This document shows, piece by piece, positions 9,256 through 19,452 of a stretch of 64,000 bases of DNA (its first letter is position 1; every line of letters begins with the position of its first letter). Where the stretch lies: contig SOIM01000059.1 of assembly GCA_004377185.1 (NCBI GenBank), positions 10,999-74,998 on the forward strand, written 5' to 3'. This DNA is from Methanomassiliicoccales archaeon (lineage in GTDB: Archaea > Thermoplasmatota > Thermoplasmata > RBG-16-68-12 > SOIM01). A program made the translations under genes and the position numbers. A model generated the notes under the pieces. That model saw nothing but the letters and a program-made list of their open reading frames with translations, was not told the DNA's origin and made no database searches.

Positions 9256-9629
9256 AGCCAGGCCTTGCCTTTCCACTCTTCCGCGGGGTATTTGCTCTCA
9301 TTCATCTTTATCTTCTCCATTACCGCGTCCGAGATGTCGATAGACGTTGCATTTGCCATACTTATGGCGTAGATGACGATATCGGCCAGTTCTTCCTTCA
9401 GTTTGTCTGCCATCTTCTCGTCCCTGATGTCCACATCCTTCAGGGTCTTCCATTGGAAAAGCTCCAGGAGTTCGCCACATTCAATGGACAATGATATCGC
9501 CAGATCCTTGGGGTTGTGAAATCTCTCCCAATCCCTTTTTGTCACGAAGTCCGAAACGGATTTCTTCAGGTCGGAAACAAGAGTGCTTTCGTCAGCCACG
9601 GACTGGAATACAACTTCAGTAATATGCAA
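9252..9629 (-). CDS. MazG-like nucleotide pyrophosphohydrolase (dCTPase-like)
   Basis: RDWERFHNPKDLAISLSIECGELLELFQW ... ELADIVIYAISMA, the typical all-alpha NTP-PPase EExxE/D signature. Confidence 0.8.
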   Translation of the reverse strand: MHITEVVFQSVADESTLVSDLKKSVSDFVTKRDWERFHNPKDLAISLSIECGELLELFQWKTLKDVDIRDEKMADKLKEELADIVIYAISMANATSIDISDAVMEKIKMNESKYPAEEWKGKAWL

Positions 9630-9663
9630 TTTTCCAACTGAAGATGGAAAACAGGGAGGACAA

Positions 9664-10566
9664 CTAGTCCATATCTATGTGGGGAAGCTCGCAAGGCTCA
9701 CAGGATTCACATGTCTCGCACTCAACCTGGAAGGTAGCGTGCTGGATTCTCCATTCCTCCGAGACAATCTTGTTCATCTCTCTTATTACTCGGTTTGCCT
9801 CTTGCATCAGCGGTGGCTGGACAACTACGTGGGCAGTCATGGCGTGCACATTCGAACATATGCTCCAAACGTGGAGATCGTGAATGTCGTCAACTCCGTC
9901 AACCGCCTTGAGCGCGGACCTGAGATCTTCCAAATCTACGTGTTTCGGAGTCTTCTCCATGAGGATGTCCCCAGACTCCTTCATGAGCCGGACGCAACGG
10001 AAGAGAATGATGGTGGCAATCAGAACACTGGCTGCAGGGTCAACCCAATATTGAGAGGTAAATGCAATAATCAGTGCGCCCATGATAACAGCTAATGAAG
10101 CTATGGTATCCCCGAAAACATGCAGGTATGCGGAACGCACATTCAAGTCCTCGTACCCGTGCAGGTTCCAGGCCACATATAGGTTCACGGCGAATCCCAC
10201 GGTTGCCACGATAAGCATCTCAGTGGATTTTACCTCCAGAGGGCTCGCGAACCTAAGAAAAGCGTTGTACAGGATGATTATTGAAATGACAAACAAAGCG
10301 CCAGCATTAATCAAGGCCACCACTATCTCGAACCTGTGATGTCCGAATGTGGCCTTGTGGGTGGCGGGACGCAGAGCGATCCCAAGAGCACCGAAAGTGA
10401 GAGCAAGAGCCGTAACGTCCATGAGGACGTGGCCCGCGTCGCTGAAAAGAGCCAGGCTGCCCGAGATCACTCCCCCATAAATCTCCACGAAGAAAATGAC
10501 GAGAGTGAGAACTATAGCTATCTTGAGTTTTGTCCAGATACCACCTGATTTTCTCTGTTTGGCCAT
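9664..10566 (-). CDS. cation diffusion facilitator (CDF) family metal efflux transporter
   Basis: Six predicted TM helices, with the signatures SLALFSDAGHVLMD and HVFGDTIASLAV, and a cytoplasmic C-domain. The tail is Cys-rich (ECETCESCEPCELPH). Confidence 0.9.
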   Translation of the reverse strand: MAKQRKSGGIWTKLKIAIVLTLVIFFVEIYGGVISGSLALFSDAGHVLMDVTALALTFGALGIALRPATHKATFGHHRFEIVVALINAGALFVISIIILYNAFLRFASPLEVKSTEMLIVATVGFAVNLYVAWNLHGYEDLNVRSAYLHVFGDTIASLAVIMGALIIAFTSQYWVDPAASVLIATIILFRCVRLMKESGDILMEKTPKHVDLEDLRSALKAVDGVDDIHDLHVWSICSNVHAMTAHVVVQPPLMQEANRVIREMNKIVSEEWRIQHATFQVECETCESCEPCELPHIDMD

Positions 10567-10590
10567 TGCAAATGTAGCAAATCAAACAGC

Positions 10591-12381
10591 CTATTTATCT
10601 TTTCCATCCGAGAACCAAGAAAGCCCCAAATCCGAAACTGTCTTCTCCGTGGGTATGCCCTCAGAGTCCCATCCCCTCTTCTCGTAATATGTTCGCAGGG
10701 AGAGCTCCATGTCCTCCTCTGAGACGAAAGAGGTGCAACCTTCCGCAACGCCCGATGGCAACGGTTCTGTTCTGAATCTATGGGGAAGACAGTCATCATC
10801 CTTGGTGATGCCTTCGCGGATGTTGTAAAGGCGGATCAACGTCCAAATACGATTGGCGACCTCGGTCTCTTTTTCTGCTGACAGTGAGTTCCCGGTTATC
10901 GCTTGGTAGGCATCTCTCCGCAATTGTCTGTCCATTGTGTCTCTGGCAAAGGTGCAATAAATGAAATTGTCCCTTATCACGTTCCTGTCCTGACCGCCGA
11001 TGAGGACCTCAATAACTTCCAATGCCGATGTGTTTGGGATTTTCTTGGTGGAGTAGAATTCCCTCAGATGAGAACCTCCGATGTCTGCCGTCATGTATGC
11101 CAGACCATGTCCCAGCTTCCCCCTCGGATCCCAGGCGGGTATTTCCAGACCCTTCACATGAACGGCCAACTTGTTCGAATCGTTACCGATCTTCTCAGCG
11201 GCAATCCTCACTCCGTCAGCCAGTATGTCTCCAATGCCCTCCCTGTAGGCAATCTTACGAATGAGTTCCAGCAACTGGTCCCCGTTCCCGAAATCATACT
11301 TCTCCTCCAACAAACCCAGCATCGAGCACTCCATGGCGAAACCTATGACGCCGCCTGTGGAGATCGTGTCCAAGCCCAGTTGATTGCAGAGAGCATTGGC
11401 CTCTATGATTGGTTCCAGATCATCGATTCCGCAATTGGACCCGAGCATGGCAAGTGTCTCGTACTCCGGCCTCTCACGACCGCCTGCGATGTCCCCCTGG
11501 CACTTGATGAGGCAGGGACAGCAACCCACCATATCGACCTCATACTTCTGGTAGAGAGCCTCTCCGGTGATTTTCTCGGTTGCTTCGAACTCGGCCAGTT
11601 GATAGTTCCTCGTGGGAAGCCTATCCTTTGCGCTGGCGTAGTCAACGGCGTTCGACGTTCCGTATTTGTAGAAGGCATATCCCTTCTCCCGCTCTTGCTT
11701 CACGTTATCTGCTATCTGGCGAATGACCTTTTTCAACTTCTTGCCGTCCGCCACCGGCACCTTCCTTGTTCCTTCCACGCACACGGCCTTGAGATTCTTG
11801 GAGCCGAAAACAGCCCCGCTTCCTCCGCGACCCGCGCTTCTTCGGTAGTCGCTCATCAGACAGGCGATTCTCACGAGATTCTCACCTGCTGGACCTGTTG
11901 AGATTACACGAACCTTCTCACCCTCCAGCTTCCTCAATAGAACCTCCATCTCTTTGGTGGTCTTTCCCCACAATTCCGAGGCGTCCTTGATCTGTACTTC
12001 ATCATCCTTGATCGATATGTAGCTCGGGCGTTCCGCCTTCCCTTCTATTATGAGCAAATCGTAACCACATCTCTTCAGGGAATGTCCGAACCATCCTCCG
12101 CAATAGCTGTCGAGGAAAATCCCGGTCAAGGGAGACTTGGCGATAACGGCAAACCGGCCCGTTGAAGGCACGTCCGTTCCTTGATATGGCCCAGTGGACA
12201 GAATCAAGAGGTTGTCAGGAGAGAGCGGTTCCGCTCCCTTCTCCATTTCCTTGCAGAAGTAATATGCACCGATCCCTTTGGCACCCAAATAGGAGGACAG
12301 GAGAGTCTCATCCAAATCTTCCGTGCCAATCTCCCTGTTCGTCAGATTGACTCTCAGAAGCTTTCCCCAGTATCCATACAT
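10591..12381 (-). CDS. aor: tungsten-type aldehyde:ferredoxin oxidoreductase family protein
   Basis: MYGYWGKLLRVNLTNREIG start as in AORs, and AOR_N/AOR_C signatures throughout (GGRG..A..FGSKNLKA, CCPC). Start moved to the ATG at 12381. Confidence 0.9.
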   Translation of the reverse strand: MYGYWGKLLRVNLTNREIGTEDLDETLLSSYLGAKGIGAYYFCKEMEKGAEPLSPDNLLILSTGPYQGTDVPSTGRFAVIAKSPLTGIFLDSYCGGWFGHSLKRCGYDLLIIEGKAERPSYISIKDDEVQIKDASELWGKTTKEMEVLLRKLEGEKVRVISTGPAGENLVRIACLMSDYRRSAGRGGSGAVFGSKNLKAVCVEGTRKVPVADGKKLKKVIRQIADNVKQEREKGYAFYKYGTSNAVDYASAKDRLPTRNYQLAEFEATEKITGEALYQKYEVDMVGCCPCLIKCQGDIAGGRERPEYETLAMLGSNCGIDDLEPIIEANALCNQLGLDTISTGGVIGFAMECSMLGLLEEKYDFGNGDQLLELIRKIAYREGIGDILADGVRIAAEKIGNDSNKLAVHVKGLEIPAWDPRGKLGHGLAYMTADIGGSHLREFYSTKKIPNTSALEVIEVLIGGQDRNVIRDNFIYCTFARDTMDRQLRRDAYQAITGNSLSAEKETEVANRIWTLIRLYNIREGITKDDDCLPHRFRTEPLPSGVAEGCTSFVSEEDMELSLRTYYEKRGWDSEGIPTEKTVSDLGLSWFSDGKDK

Positions 12382-12413
12382 AATACTCGCACATCGGATA
12401 GCTAGATTTCTAT

Positions 12414-12959
12414 ATGACTCTTGCCTTTGCACAAATGTCCAACACACGATTGGGAGAAGCCAGAGGTGAGGAGTTGCCCGAGAAGGAAAACAGCGTAACT
12501 GTCCGAATCATCGGTCATGTGAGGAACGAAGTGCCAAGCGGAAAGGTCGATGATTGGGGGGAGATAGCATCCGAGGTCGTACTAGATGAGGAATACAAAC
12601 CCTCACTGGAGGGCATTGAGCAGTTCTCTCACATAATCGTAATCTTCTGGATGCACCAAGTGGACGAATACAGACCAAAGGTTCGCCCCCAAGGGAGAAC
12701 GGACATTCCCGAACAGGGGACTTTCGCCACCAGAACACCGTTCAGACCCAATCCCATTGGCATCAGTGCCGTGAAACTGCTCTCCCGAAAAGGACCCATC
12801 CTCAAGGTCATCGGTTTGGACTGCTACGACAACACCCCCGTCCTGGACATCAAACCCTACAACGCGGTAGACAGGGGAAGGGTCGAAATCGAGATTCCAG
12901 ATTGGATGAGAAAACTCATGGAAGAGAGAGAAACGGATAACCCAAGATATTTATATTGA
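12414..12959 (+). CDS. TsaA/TrmO-like SAM-dependent tRNA methyltransferase (YaeB family)
   Basis: IGHVRNE..., FSHIIVIFWMH, RPNPIGISAVKLL and TPVLDIKPY are YaeB/TsaA hallmarks. The start is uncertain (ATG at 12414 or 12435). Confidence 0.8.
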   Translation: MTLAFAQMSNTRLGEARGEELPEKENSVTVRIIGHVRNEVPSGKVDDWGEIASEVVLDEEYKPSLEGIEQFSHIIVIFWMHQVDEYRPKVRPQGRTDIPEQGTFATRTPFRPNPIGISAVKLLSRKGPILKVIGLDCYDNTPVLDIKPYNAVDRGRVEIEIPDWMRKLMEERETDNPRYLY

Positions 12960-12978
12960 TAGTCAACTTTTCTTACCG

Positions 12979-13566
12979 ATGATTGACATCCTCCTGGTCC
13001 TGGTCGCAGCTTTTTTCTTACCGGGTTTCTTACTCGTGAACGCCCTTTTCCCCAGGAAAGGTGAGCTTGACAAGGACTATGATACTCTCTATCGGATAAC
13101 ATTGGGGATAGTGATGAGCGTTGTCATCGCGATCCTGGTGGGATTCGTCCTCAATGCCTTTGAACCGGATCCGGAAACGTCCAAGGGTTACTTCCGTGCT
13201 GAAATAATCTGGCCCATTCTGATTGTTCTTGCTGTGATCCTCTTCTTCATCGGCTGGTTCCGGGGCGCATACCCATCCATGGGGAAGATACATCCCTCCC
13301 TACTTCGCTTATCGAAAAGGGAGCCCCAGTCGGTGATCGTGGACCTGAAAGAGGACAAGGATACGCTCCTGGCCTTTCGAGACCTTTCAGAGAGAAGGGA
13401 GAAGGAGCGAAAGCGGCTGAAGAACTACGAAAGGAGGGCGAAGCTTCAGACGGGCGAGATGAGGAAACGGACGGAGAACAGGATACTCGAAATTCAGAAG
13501 GAACTGGAGGAGATTGACAAGGAACTTAGGATCTTGGAGGAGAAGAGGGCTGCAGAACTCTATTGA
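12979..13566 (+). CDS. membrane protein with C-terminal coiled coil (hypothetical; weak DUF1616-like N-terminus)
   Basis: Three hydrophobic helices, then a highly charged helical tail (RREKERKRLKNYERRAKLQTGEMRKRTENRILEIQKELEEIDKELRILEEKR). Confidence 0.5.
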   Translation: MIDILLVLVAAFFLPGFLLVNALFPRKGELDKDYDTLYRITLGIVMSVVIAILVGFVLNAFEPDPETSKGYFRAEIIWPILIVLAVILFFIGWFRGAYPSMGKIHPSLLRLSKREPQSVIVDLKEDKDTLLAFRDLSERREKERKRLKNYERRAKLQTGEMRKRTENRILEIQKELEEIDKELRILEEKRAAELY

Positions 13567-13575
13567 GGTTGTCAA

Positions 13576-13929
13576 ATGGACTACAAATTGGTGGTAGCTG
13601 TAAGAGAGGACCTGGACATGTCGAAAGGCAAGATGGCCGTGCAGGTTGCCCATGCCGCGGTGATATCAGCCATGAACTGCAAGAGAAAGAACGCAAAATG
13701 GTTCAGGAACTGGTATGACGAGGGGCAGAAGAAGGTGGTGGTGAGGACGGAGGACGTGGCCGGGCTTCATGAACTGAGTGAGGAAGCAGAGAAACTGGGT
13801 ATCTCGACAGCCACAATCGACGATGCGGGTCTGACGGAGTTGCCTCCTGGAACGACCACATGCTTGGGAATAGGCCCTGCTCCCAATTCGATTATCGACC
13901 AGGTCACCGGAAAACTCAAACTGTGGTAG
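13576..13929 (+). CDS. pth2: peptidyl-tRNA hydrolase, archaeal type (Pth2)
   Basis: 117 aa with KLVVAVREDLDMSKGKMAVQVAHAAV ... TCLGIGP, the canonical Pth2 pattern. Confidence 0.9.
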   Translation: MDYKLVVAVREDLDMSKGKMAVQVAHAAVISAMNCKRKNAKWFRNWYDEGQKKVVVRTEDVAGLHELSEEAEKLGISTATIDDAGLTELPPGTTTCLGIGPAPNSIIDQVTGKLKLW

Positions 13930-13930
13930 G

Positions 13931-14503
13931 ATGAAACCTCACATGAGGGTGCTGGGGATCGATGATTCTCCATTTACTTTCAAGGAAAAGGATGTAGCCA
14001 TCATAGGTGCTGCTGTTCGGTTGCCGAACTACTTGGAGGGCGTTCTCAGGACAAAGGTGGACGTGGACGGCACAGATGCCACGGACCGTTTGCGGGAGAT
14101 GGTGAGGCGGTCCAGATACATGGAGAATCTTGCGGCCATACTGATAGACGGCATTGCGGTCGGTGGATTTAACGTGATCGACATTGAGGCGCTGTACACA
14201 GACCTGGGGATACCGGTTGTTACCGTCACCAGAGATGAGCCGGACATCAAGTCCATCGAAGACGTTCTCAAGGCGAAATTCTCGGATTGGAAGAAAAGAC
14301 TGGATCTAATCACTGGAAGAGATCTCCATACTGTCAAAACGGAGCACAAACCCCTGTACGTGCAGTTCGTGGGGACGGAACTCTCGGACGTGGAAGAGCT
14401 GATTTCAAAATCCACCGTTCTGGGAGCCTTGCCCGAGCCCATCAGGATAGCGCACCTGATCGCTGCCGCAATCAGAACAGGGGAATCGCACGGAAGAGCC
14501 TAG
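13931..14503 (+). CDS. DUF99/UPF0215 family protein
   Basis: MRVLGIDDSPF...IIGAVVR-like start and the size match the archaeal DUF99 family. It starts 1 nt after the pth2 stop. Confidence 0.7.
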   Translation: MKPHMRVLGIDDSPFTFKEKDVAIIGAAVRLPNYLEGVLRTKVDVDGTDATDRLREMVRRSRYMENLAAILIDGIAVGGFNVIDIEALYTDLGIPVVTVTRDEPDIKSIEDVLKAKFSDWKKRLDLITGRDLHTVKTEHKPLYVQFVGTELSDVEELISKSTVLGALPEPIRIAHLIAAAIRTGESHGRA

Positions 14504-15540
14504 CTCCAGTCAACCTTGTACCTGAGTATCGCACCCAGTCCTCCCAATGACTTCAGTTTTCGGCCACCCTCATGCTTGGGGCTCACCACGACTATTCTCC
14601 CTTTTGCATTCTCGACTTGTTTGAGAAGACTCTCGATCTCTTCCTTTCTGATCAATTCGTTCGTGACCAAGAGCGTCAGCACGGCACCACGCTGGGTGGC
14701 ATCCCTGACTTGATCTGGGCCATAGGCGTATTTTCCCTCCTTCGATATCTCGGACAGCAACTCCTCGACCAGTTTCGTTTCCAACGCCACACGGGTCTTC
14801 TCCAGGATCTCGGACGCCATCCCCCCCTTCAAGGCTTCCTGGACTCCGAGCATTCCGGAATGACTCGTGGGGAACAAGCTTGTCTTCAAAGCGATTTCGG
14901 GAAGTTTCTCCCTGATGGTCTCGTAAAGGGCGTCCTTGTCAAAACCCGGTCCCAAGATGATCAACGCCTCCCCAACATCTGTTGACTTGATCTTGCCCGT
15001 GACCTCGTTGAAGAATTCCTCCCTTGCGCTTTTCTGGGGATACATCTTTCCAACTCTGGGGGACCTTATCTCGGCCAACTCTTCTATCCCGTATTGGTGA
15101 AGCTGTGCCATCAGTACGGACTCATCGTCGATCGCTAGGAATGTTATCAAAGGTTCATGGGTCGCTTCCACGGCCTCTTCTATCCTGGCCAATTGATGAC
15201 CCTTCCATTTCTTCACAATAGTCAGATTGTCCTTGACCGTCAGATTGAAGGTGTGATGTTCCCCGAGGTCTTGTGGAGCCTGCTCAATCACACCGTGAAT
15301 ACGAAGTCTGTCCGAGAAGTCATGGAACTCCACCTTCTCCACCACCAGACCTATCCACATCCTCTTCTTTTCCATCCTCTCGGGTCTCAGCTTGTCCCGG
15401 ACCTTTTCCTCTCTCCGGTAGGATGTTGCGAACACGGAGTCGCCCGGCTCCACCAGATTGTAGATGTGCCACAGGTCGTCAGGGGTCTGTATCAACAGCT
15501 TGATCTCCCCGGTCTTTTCATTCTTGTTCAATATCTTCAT
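14500..15540 (-). CDS. pelA: Pelota (Dom34 homologue, mRNA surveillance / ribosome rescue factor)
   Basis: MKILNKNEKTGEIKLLIQTPDDLWHIYNLVEPGDSV... plus eRF1-like domains 2 and 3. The length is 346 aa. Confidence 0.9.
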   Translation of the reverse strand: MKILNKNEKTGEIKLLIQTPDDLWHIYNLVEPGDSVFATSYRREEKVRDKLRPERMEKKRMWIGLVVEKVEFHDFSDRLRIHGVIEQAPQDLGEHHTFNLTVKDNLTIVKKWKGHQLARIEEAVEATHEPLITFLAIDDESVLMAQLHQYGIEELAEIRSPRVGKMYPQKSAREEFFNEVTGKIKSTDVGEALIILGPGFDKDALYETIREKLPEIALKTSLFPTSHSGMLGVQEALKGGMASEILEKTRVALETKLVEELLSEISKEGKYAYGPDQVRDATQRGAVLTLLVTNELIRKEEIESLLKQVENAKGRIVVVSPKHEGGRKLKSLGGLGAILRYKVDWS

Positions 15541-15766
15541 GTCAACTCTTTCTCGATGACTAGAGGGCTATTTCTTTTTGTCGCTTGGGGATTATCCAAT
15601 CACATAGGAACACATCTTGGTGTTCGAGTCAGCGGTTTTCTGACACAATCGCTCAATATCATATATGATAATCAAAACATCGTTTTTAAGAAGGGAACAC
15701 GCAAGTTTTGACTCTCTAGTCTGGCGAAAACCAGCGGGACTAGGGAAAAAAAGCGGAGGAACAAAA

Positions 15767-16063
15767 ATGGAAGACAAATATGTGACCTATATAGGCGTAA
15801 ACCTGTGCCCCGATGGTCCTTCACCGACGGAGGTTACCAAGATTCTTGAGCCTCTCGGATGGAGACCAGTGTACGGTGCATTCGACTATGCATACCAATG
15901 GGGCGACAACTGGGGAACAAAAGGGCAGAACTGGGAGGAGTACTTCTCCTACGTCGAGAGAGTGGTGCATCATGCCCTGAAGGGTTACAACCTGAACTAC
16001 TACCTGAGAACATTCAGGGAAGGAACCGAGGGAGAGCACTACAGGACCTACACAACCTACTAA
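15767..16063 (+). CDS. hypothetical small protein (98 aa, Trp/Tyr-rich)
   Basis: The internal ATG at 15767 is preceded by GGAGGA at 15755-15760. The gene is followed by a strong oligo-T terminator. I recognise no family. Confidence 0.5.
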   Translation: MEDKYVTYIGVNLCPDGPSPTEVTKILEPLGWRPVYGAFDYAYQWGDNWGTKGQNWEEYFSYVERVVHHALKGYNLNYYLRTFREGTEGEHYRTYTTY

Positions 16064-16065
16064 CC

Positions 16066-16096
16066 CTTTCCCCTTTTTTGTTTTTTTTGTTTTTTG
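16066..16096 (+). terminator. oligo-T archaeal-type transcription terminator
   Basis: Three T runs (T6 at 16074-16079, T8 at 16081-16088, T6 at 16090-16095) lie directly after the stop at 16061-16063. Confidence 0.55.
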
Positions 16097-16313
16097 TCCG
16101 GATCTCATCAGTCAGAACAATGGAGACAGGCAGTCACCACCCGATCATAGTCCCAGTTTCTTCCTGTCGCGTGCCACCTCCGATTACATATTTTGGGGCA
16201 CATATCGGAAATAACAGTGGGCATTGTTGGAGAATGGATTTATCCTACCCACCTCCGAAACAGGATATTTAGACAGAATCATCACAAATCTTTCGCAGCT
16301 GGACGGAAGCGCG

Positions 16314-17546
16314 TTATTGGATAACCCCGTACCCAATCAACCTCCACTTCCCCCCGATCCTCCTGCTAATGGCAATCCGCTGACCTTTATCCGCGCTAAC
16401 GGGAATCTTCAGAGCCATCTCGGCATAGTCCTCCCGAGCGCTCGTGACAACTCCAACCGTAGTTGCCGTGCCAACGCTCAGCATCAAAGGCTCGTTGGTC
16501 CTGATCTCATCGACCTCCAAATCCTCCACCGCACCCACAACCCGTTCCAGGAGATGGACTTGCACACTGAGCTCGAATAGGGCTGGGGGCAACGTTCCAG
16601 GAGAACCTACCACCCTGCCCGTGAGCGAATCGGATTTCGTCAGGAAGGGGTCCAACTTGGTGCCAATTGCGATCAAACCGCCGGACTTCGCCTCCTTCCG
16701 ATTCTTTCCTCCAGAAAAGAGAGACGTGACCTCGCTCTCGATGTCGGTCCAGACCTTGCGCCCTCCGCTCTCGGATTCCCTGCCAGGTGAGATCTCGATC
16801 TCATCGCCCACCTTCAGCTTCCCCTGGATAAGAGAACCGCCAATGACCCCACCCACGATTTTGTCGAGAGGAACTCCTGGCGAATTGACATCAAATGACC
16901 GTGCCACGAACGCTTTCGGAGGCTTCTTCTCATCCAGCTCGGGTGTCCTTATCCTATTCTCAATCTCCATTATCAGGACGTCCAAGTTCACTTCGTGGTG
17001 AGCGGACACTGGGATTATGGGGGATTCGCCTGCCACCGTTCCCTCCACGAATTCCTTAATCTGTTCATAGCTCTCCTTCACTTTCTCTTCATCAACGATA
17101 TCGATCTTGTTCTGGACGATGATGACGTTCTCCACACCCGAGATCGCAAGGGCCATGAGGTGCTCCTTCGTCTGGGGTTGAGGACATTTCTCGTTTGCAG
17201 CAATAAGAAGCAGAGCCCCGTTCATGAGTGCTGCTCCTGACAACATCGTTGCCATCAGCGTCTCGTGTCCAGGTGCGTCCACAAAACTCACCGCTCGCAG
17301 AAACTCGGTCTTCTCCCCGCAAACGGAGCATTCCTTCTTAGTGGAGTAGCACTGCGGTTCCTCGCATTTCGGGCATTTGTAGAGGGCCGCGTCCGCATAC
17401 CCCAGCCTAATGCTGATCCCTCGCCTCAGTTCCTCAGAGTGCCGGTCCGTCCATTCGCCAGTGAGGGCTTTGGTGAGGGTGGTCTTGCCGTGGTCAACGT
17501 GTCCAATCATCCCGATGTTGACCTCGGGCTGCCGGGGGACCTTCAT
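16314..17546 (-). CDS. eif2g: translation initiation factor aIF2 gamma subunit
   Basis: G1 motif [10 protein letters not shown], a zinc knuckle (CPKCEEPQC...CSVCG), and DAPGHE. The length is 410 aa. There is an ATGA overlap with the upstream S6e gene. Confidence 0.95.
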   Translation of the reverse strand: MKVPRQPEVNIGMIGHVDHGKTTLTKALTGEWTDRHSEELRRGISIRLGYADAALYKCPKCEEPQCYSTKKECSVCGEKTEFLRAVSFVDAPGHETLMATMLSGAALMNGALLLIAANEKCPQPQTKEHLMALAISGVENVIIVQNKIDIVDEEKVKESYEQIKEFVEGTVAGESPIIPVSAHHEVNLDVLIMEIENRIRTPELDEKKPPKAFVARSFDVNSPGVPLDKIVGGVIGGSLIQGKLKVGDEIEISPGRESESGGRKVWTDIESEVTSLFSGGKNRKEAKSGGLIAIGTKLDPFLTKSDSLTGRVVGSPGTLPPALFELSVQVHLLERVVGAVEDLEVDEIRTNEPLMLSVGTATTVGVVTSAREDYAEMALKIPVSADKGQRIAISRRIGGKWRLIGYGVIQ

Positions 17547-17938
17547 TTATCACCCTCTTTGGCTTTCAGGCTGTCCTTGATAGGCTTGGGTCCATGAGCA
17601 ACAATTCGCATGTTCAGTTGGATTATGTCCGGGGAAATCGTGTTCCCCCTGAGATTCCGTCTCTTCCTGACCCCTTTGTCTTTGGGATGGAAACCCACAC
17701 CTTTGGTGACGAGCATAGGCCTTCTTCGGGGGCCAGGCATATCCTTCCTCATTGGAACCCCGTCCCTATCACTCCCTCCGGTGATCACCAACTTGTACCC
17801 GGGAAGGTCCACGAAGATCCCGTCCACCTCTTCGCCTATCTTCTTTCCAATCAGAGAGTTAGCATGGTGACCCGAAACATCCTTGGGATAGGATTTTCCG
17901 GACTTTGGATCTGCAATAATCGCCTTGAACTCAACCAC
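17543..17938 (-). CDS. rps6e: 30S ribosomal protein S6e
   Basis: [15 protein letters not shown]...[11 protein letters not shown]...RKRRNLRGN is S6e-like. I place the start at the GTG at 17938, 5 nt after AGGTG, because the ORF-track N-terminal extension (to 18091) is not S6e-like and would overlap cysS. Confidence 0.85.
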   Translation of the reverse strand: MVEFKAIIADPKSGKSYPKDVSGHHANSLIGKKIGEEVDGIFVDLPGYKLVITGGSDRDGVPMRKDMPGPRRRPMLVTKGVGFHPKDKGVRKRRNLRGNTISPDIIQLNMRIVAHGPKPIKDSLKAKEGDK

Positions 17939-18011
17939 TTCAGCACCTTTTCGAAGGCTGCTAATACTATGATGAGTTAAAAAGTTTAGCTTCAAGACCT
18001 GGAGCGGTGGA

Positions 18012-19235
18012 TCAATCGGAGACCGGAGTCTGAAAGAGTCCCAGAACCTCACTGAACTGAGATGCGGCATCAAGGATTCCGACAACATCATCTTTGGATA
18101 GGTTCTCCAGTTCGCTGTCAGACCATTCGATCAGTCCGAATAGAATGGGCAGTGCTTTTGGAGTATCCAAATCGTCATTCATGGCTTCCTCGAACCGGGA
18201 TCTCTCCTGATCTATCTTCTCTGAAAGGTCAGTTTCGGAACCGGACCCATATGTGTGACTTCTCAGCCTCTCCAGCCTCCTTCCCATCTCTTGGATCTCC
18301 TCTGACGCTTCTCTGATCTCGCCTTCATCATAGTCCAGAAGAGTGCGATAGTGGTGCTTGAGAAGGTAGAGCCTTATAGCTTCCCCTCCGTATTCTTCCG
18401 ACAGCTCTCTGACCGTCACGAAATTCCCCTTTGATTTGGACATCTTCTCTTTGCCGAGTGTCACGAAGCTGTTGTGGACGTAGTAGTTGCAGTGGCGTTT
18501 CTTCGAATGTGCCTTTGAGATCAACATCACGCTCTCATGGTGAGGGTATATCAAATCCAATCCGCCTCCGTGGATGTCGAAGGGTTCCTCGAGATGATTG
18601 GTGGACATCACGAAGCAACTCGTGTGCCAGCCGGGTTGTCCATCACTCCAAGGACTTGACCAAGAGGGCTCTCCTTTCTTTGCTCTCCGCCAGATGATGA
18701 AATCAAAGGGATTCTCTCTCCTATCGTCCGGTTGAATGTCATCCACAAGGGTGGTCGACAAATCCACGTGACTGAGACTCCCGAAATCGTCACTGCCAGT
18801 TCTCAAATAGACATTGCCGTCCCTCTCATAGGCCAGGTCGGAATCCAGAAGACCTTCCACTACCTCTATCATTCTCCCAATATTCTCACTGACATTCGGG
18901 TAATGGGTTGCCTTCTTCAGGTTCAAATGTTCGGCATCCAGAAAGTATTCGCGTGTGTATCTCTCAGTCACTTCGCTCACTGGCCCCCCCAATCCCTTGG
19001 CCTTCTTGGTGATGCTGTCCTCCAAGTCTGTGAAGTTCTGAACATGAACGACATCATATCCCGAGAACTCCAACCACCTTCTCAAGACGTCAAAAACAAC
19101 ATAGGACCGTGCATGTCCGATGTGGATCAAATCGTATACCGTCGGTCCGCATATGTACATTGTGACCTTTCCGGGAGTGCGAGGTTGGAACGTCTCGACT
19201 TTGCCTGATTCAGTGGAATATATCCTCAATGGCAT
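18012..19235 (-). CDS. cysS: cysteine--tRNA ligase
   Basis: Class I motifs: HIGH-type region (CGPTVYDLIHIGHARSY) and KMSKS. Start moved to the ATG at 19235 (MPLRIYSTESGKVE). Confidence 0.9.
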   Translation of the reverse strand: MPLRIYSTESGKVETFQPRTPGKVTMYICGPTVYDLIHIGHARSYVVFDVLRRWLEFSGYDVVHVQNFTDLEDSITKKAKGLGGPVSEVTERYTREYFLDAEHLNLKKATHYPNVSENIGRMIEVVEGLLDSDLAYERDGNVYLRTGSDDFGSLSHVDLSTTLVDDIQPDDRRENPFDFIIWRRAKKGEPSWSSPWSDGQPGWHTSCFVMSTNHLEEPFDIHGGGLDLIYPHHESVMLISKAHSKKRHCNYYVHNSFVTLGKEKMSKSKGNFVTVRELSEEYGGEAIRLYLLKHHYRTLLDYDEGEIREASEEIQEMGRRLERLRSHTYGSGSETDLSEKIDQERSRFEEAMNDDLDTPKALPILFGLIEWSDSELENLSKDDVVGILDAASQFSEVLGLFQTPVSD

Positions 19236-19387
19236 CTCAGCCCTCTGTCCGATTGCTGACCCTTCAAAACAAACCAATGCTTGAGGATAGTTAAACTTTC
19301 CCAAAGATGATGGACGCTTACACGTTTGAACAGAAATGGGCACAGGTCGAGGGGAGAAATCGAATGACCAGACGCTAGGACAAAACC

Positions 19388-19395
19388 TTATAAAT
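19388..19395 (+). promoter_or_regulatory. TATA-box-like element upstream of the giant subtilase gene
   Basis: TTATAAAT lies about 58 nt upstream of the ATG at 19453. An AAGGAGGAGG SD is at 19439-19448. Confidence 0.35.
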
Positions 19396-19452
19396 ATCGG
19401 ATTACTCTTTACAGCTAGTTTCCTTCTAGTGGCTTGAAAAGGAGGAGGAAAT

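Noticed and set aside
8632-9276. 214-aa minus-strand ORF
   Set aside because: It is antisense to the second radical-SAM gene, which has a CxxxCxxC motif. It has no motifs of its own.
10903-11901. 332-aa plus-strand ORF
   Set aside because: It is antisense to the aldehyde:ferredoxin oxidoreductase gene. Its translation has no family signature.
15658-15669. Perfect palindrome ATCATATATGAT between pelota and the 98-aa gene, as a bidirectional promoter or operator
   Set aside because: It is plausible as a TATA element for the plus-strand gene, implying a leader of about 77 nt. It lies about 120 nt from the pelota start, and I have no further support, so I did not report it as a feature.
18012-18091. 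Apparent overlap of the long S6e ORF (to 18091) with the 3' end of cysS
   Set aside because: The overlap disappears when S6e starts at the SD-preceded GTG at 17938, which gives the conserved S6e N-terminus.
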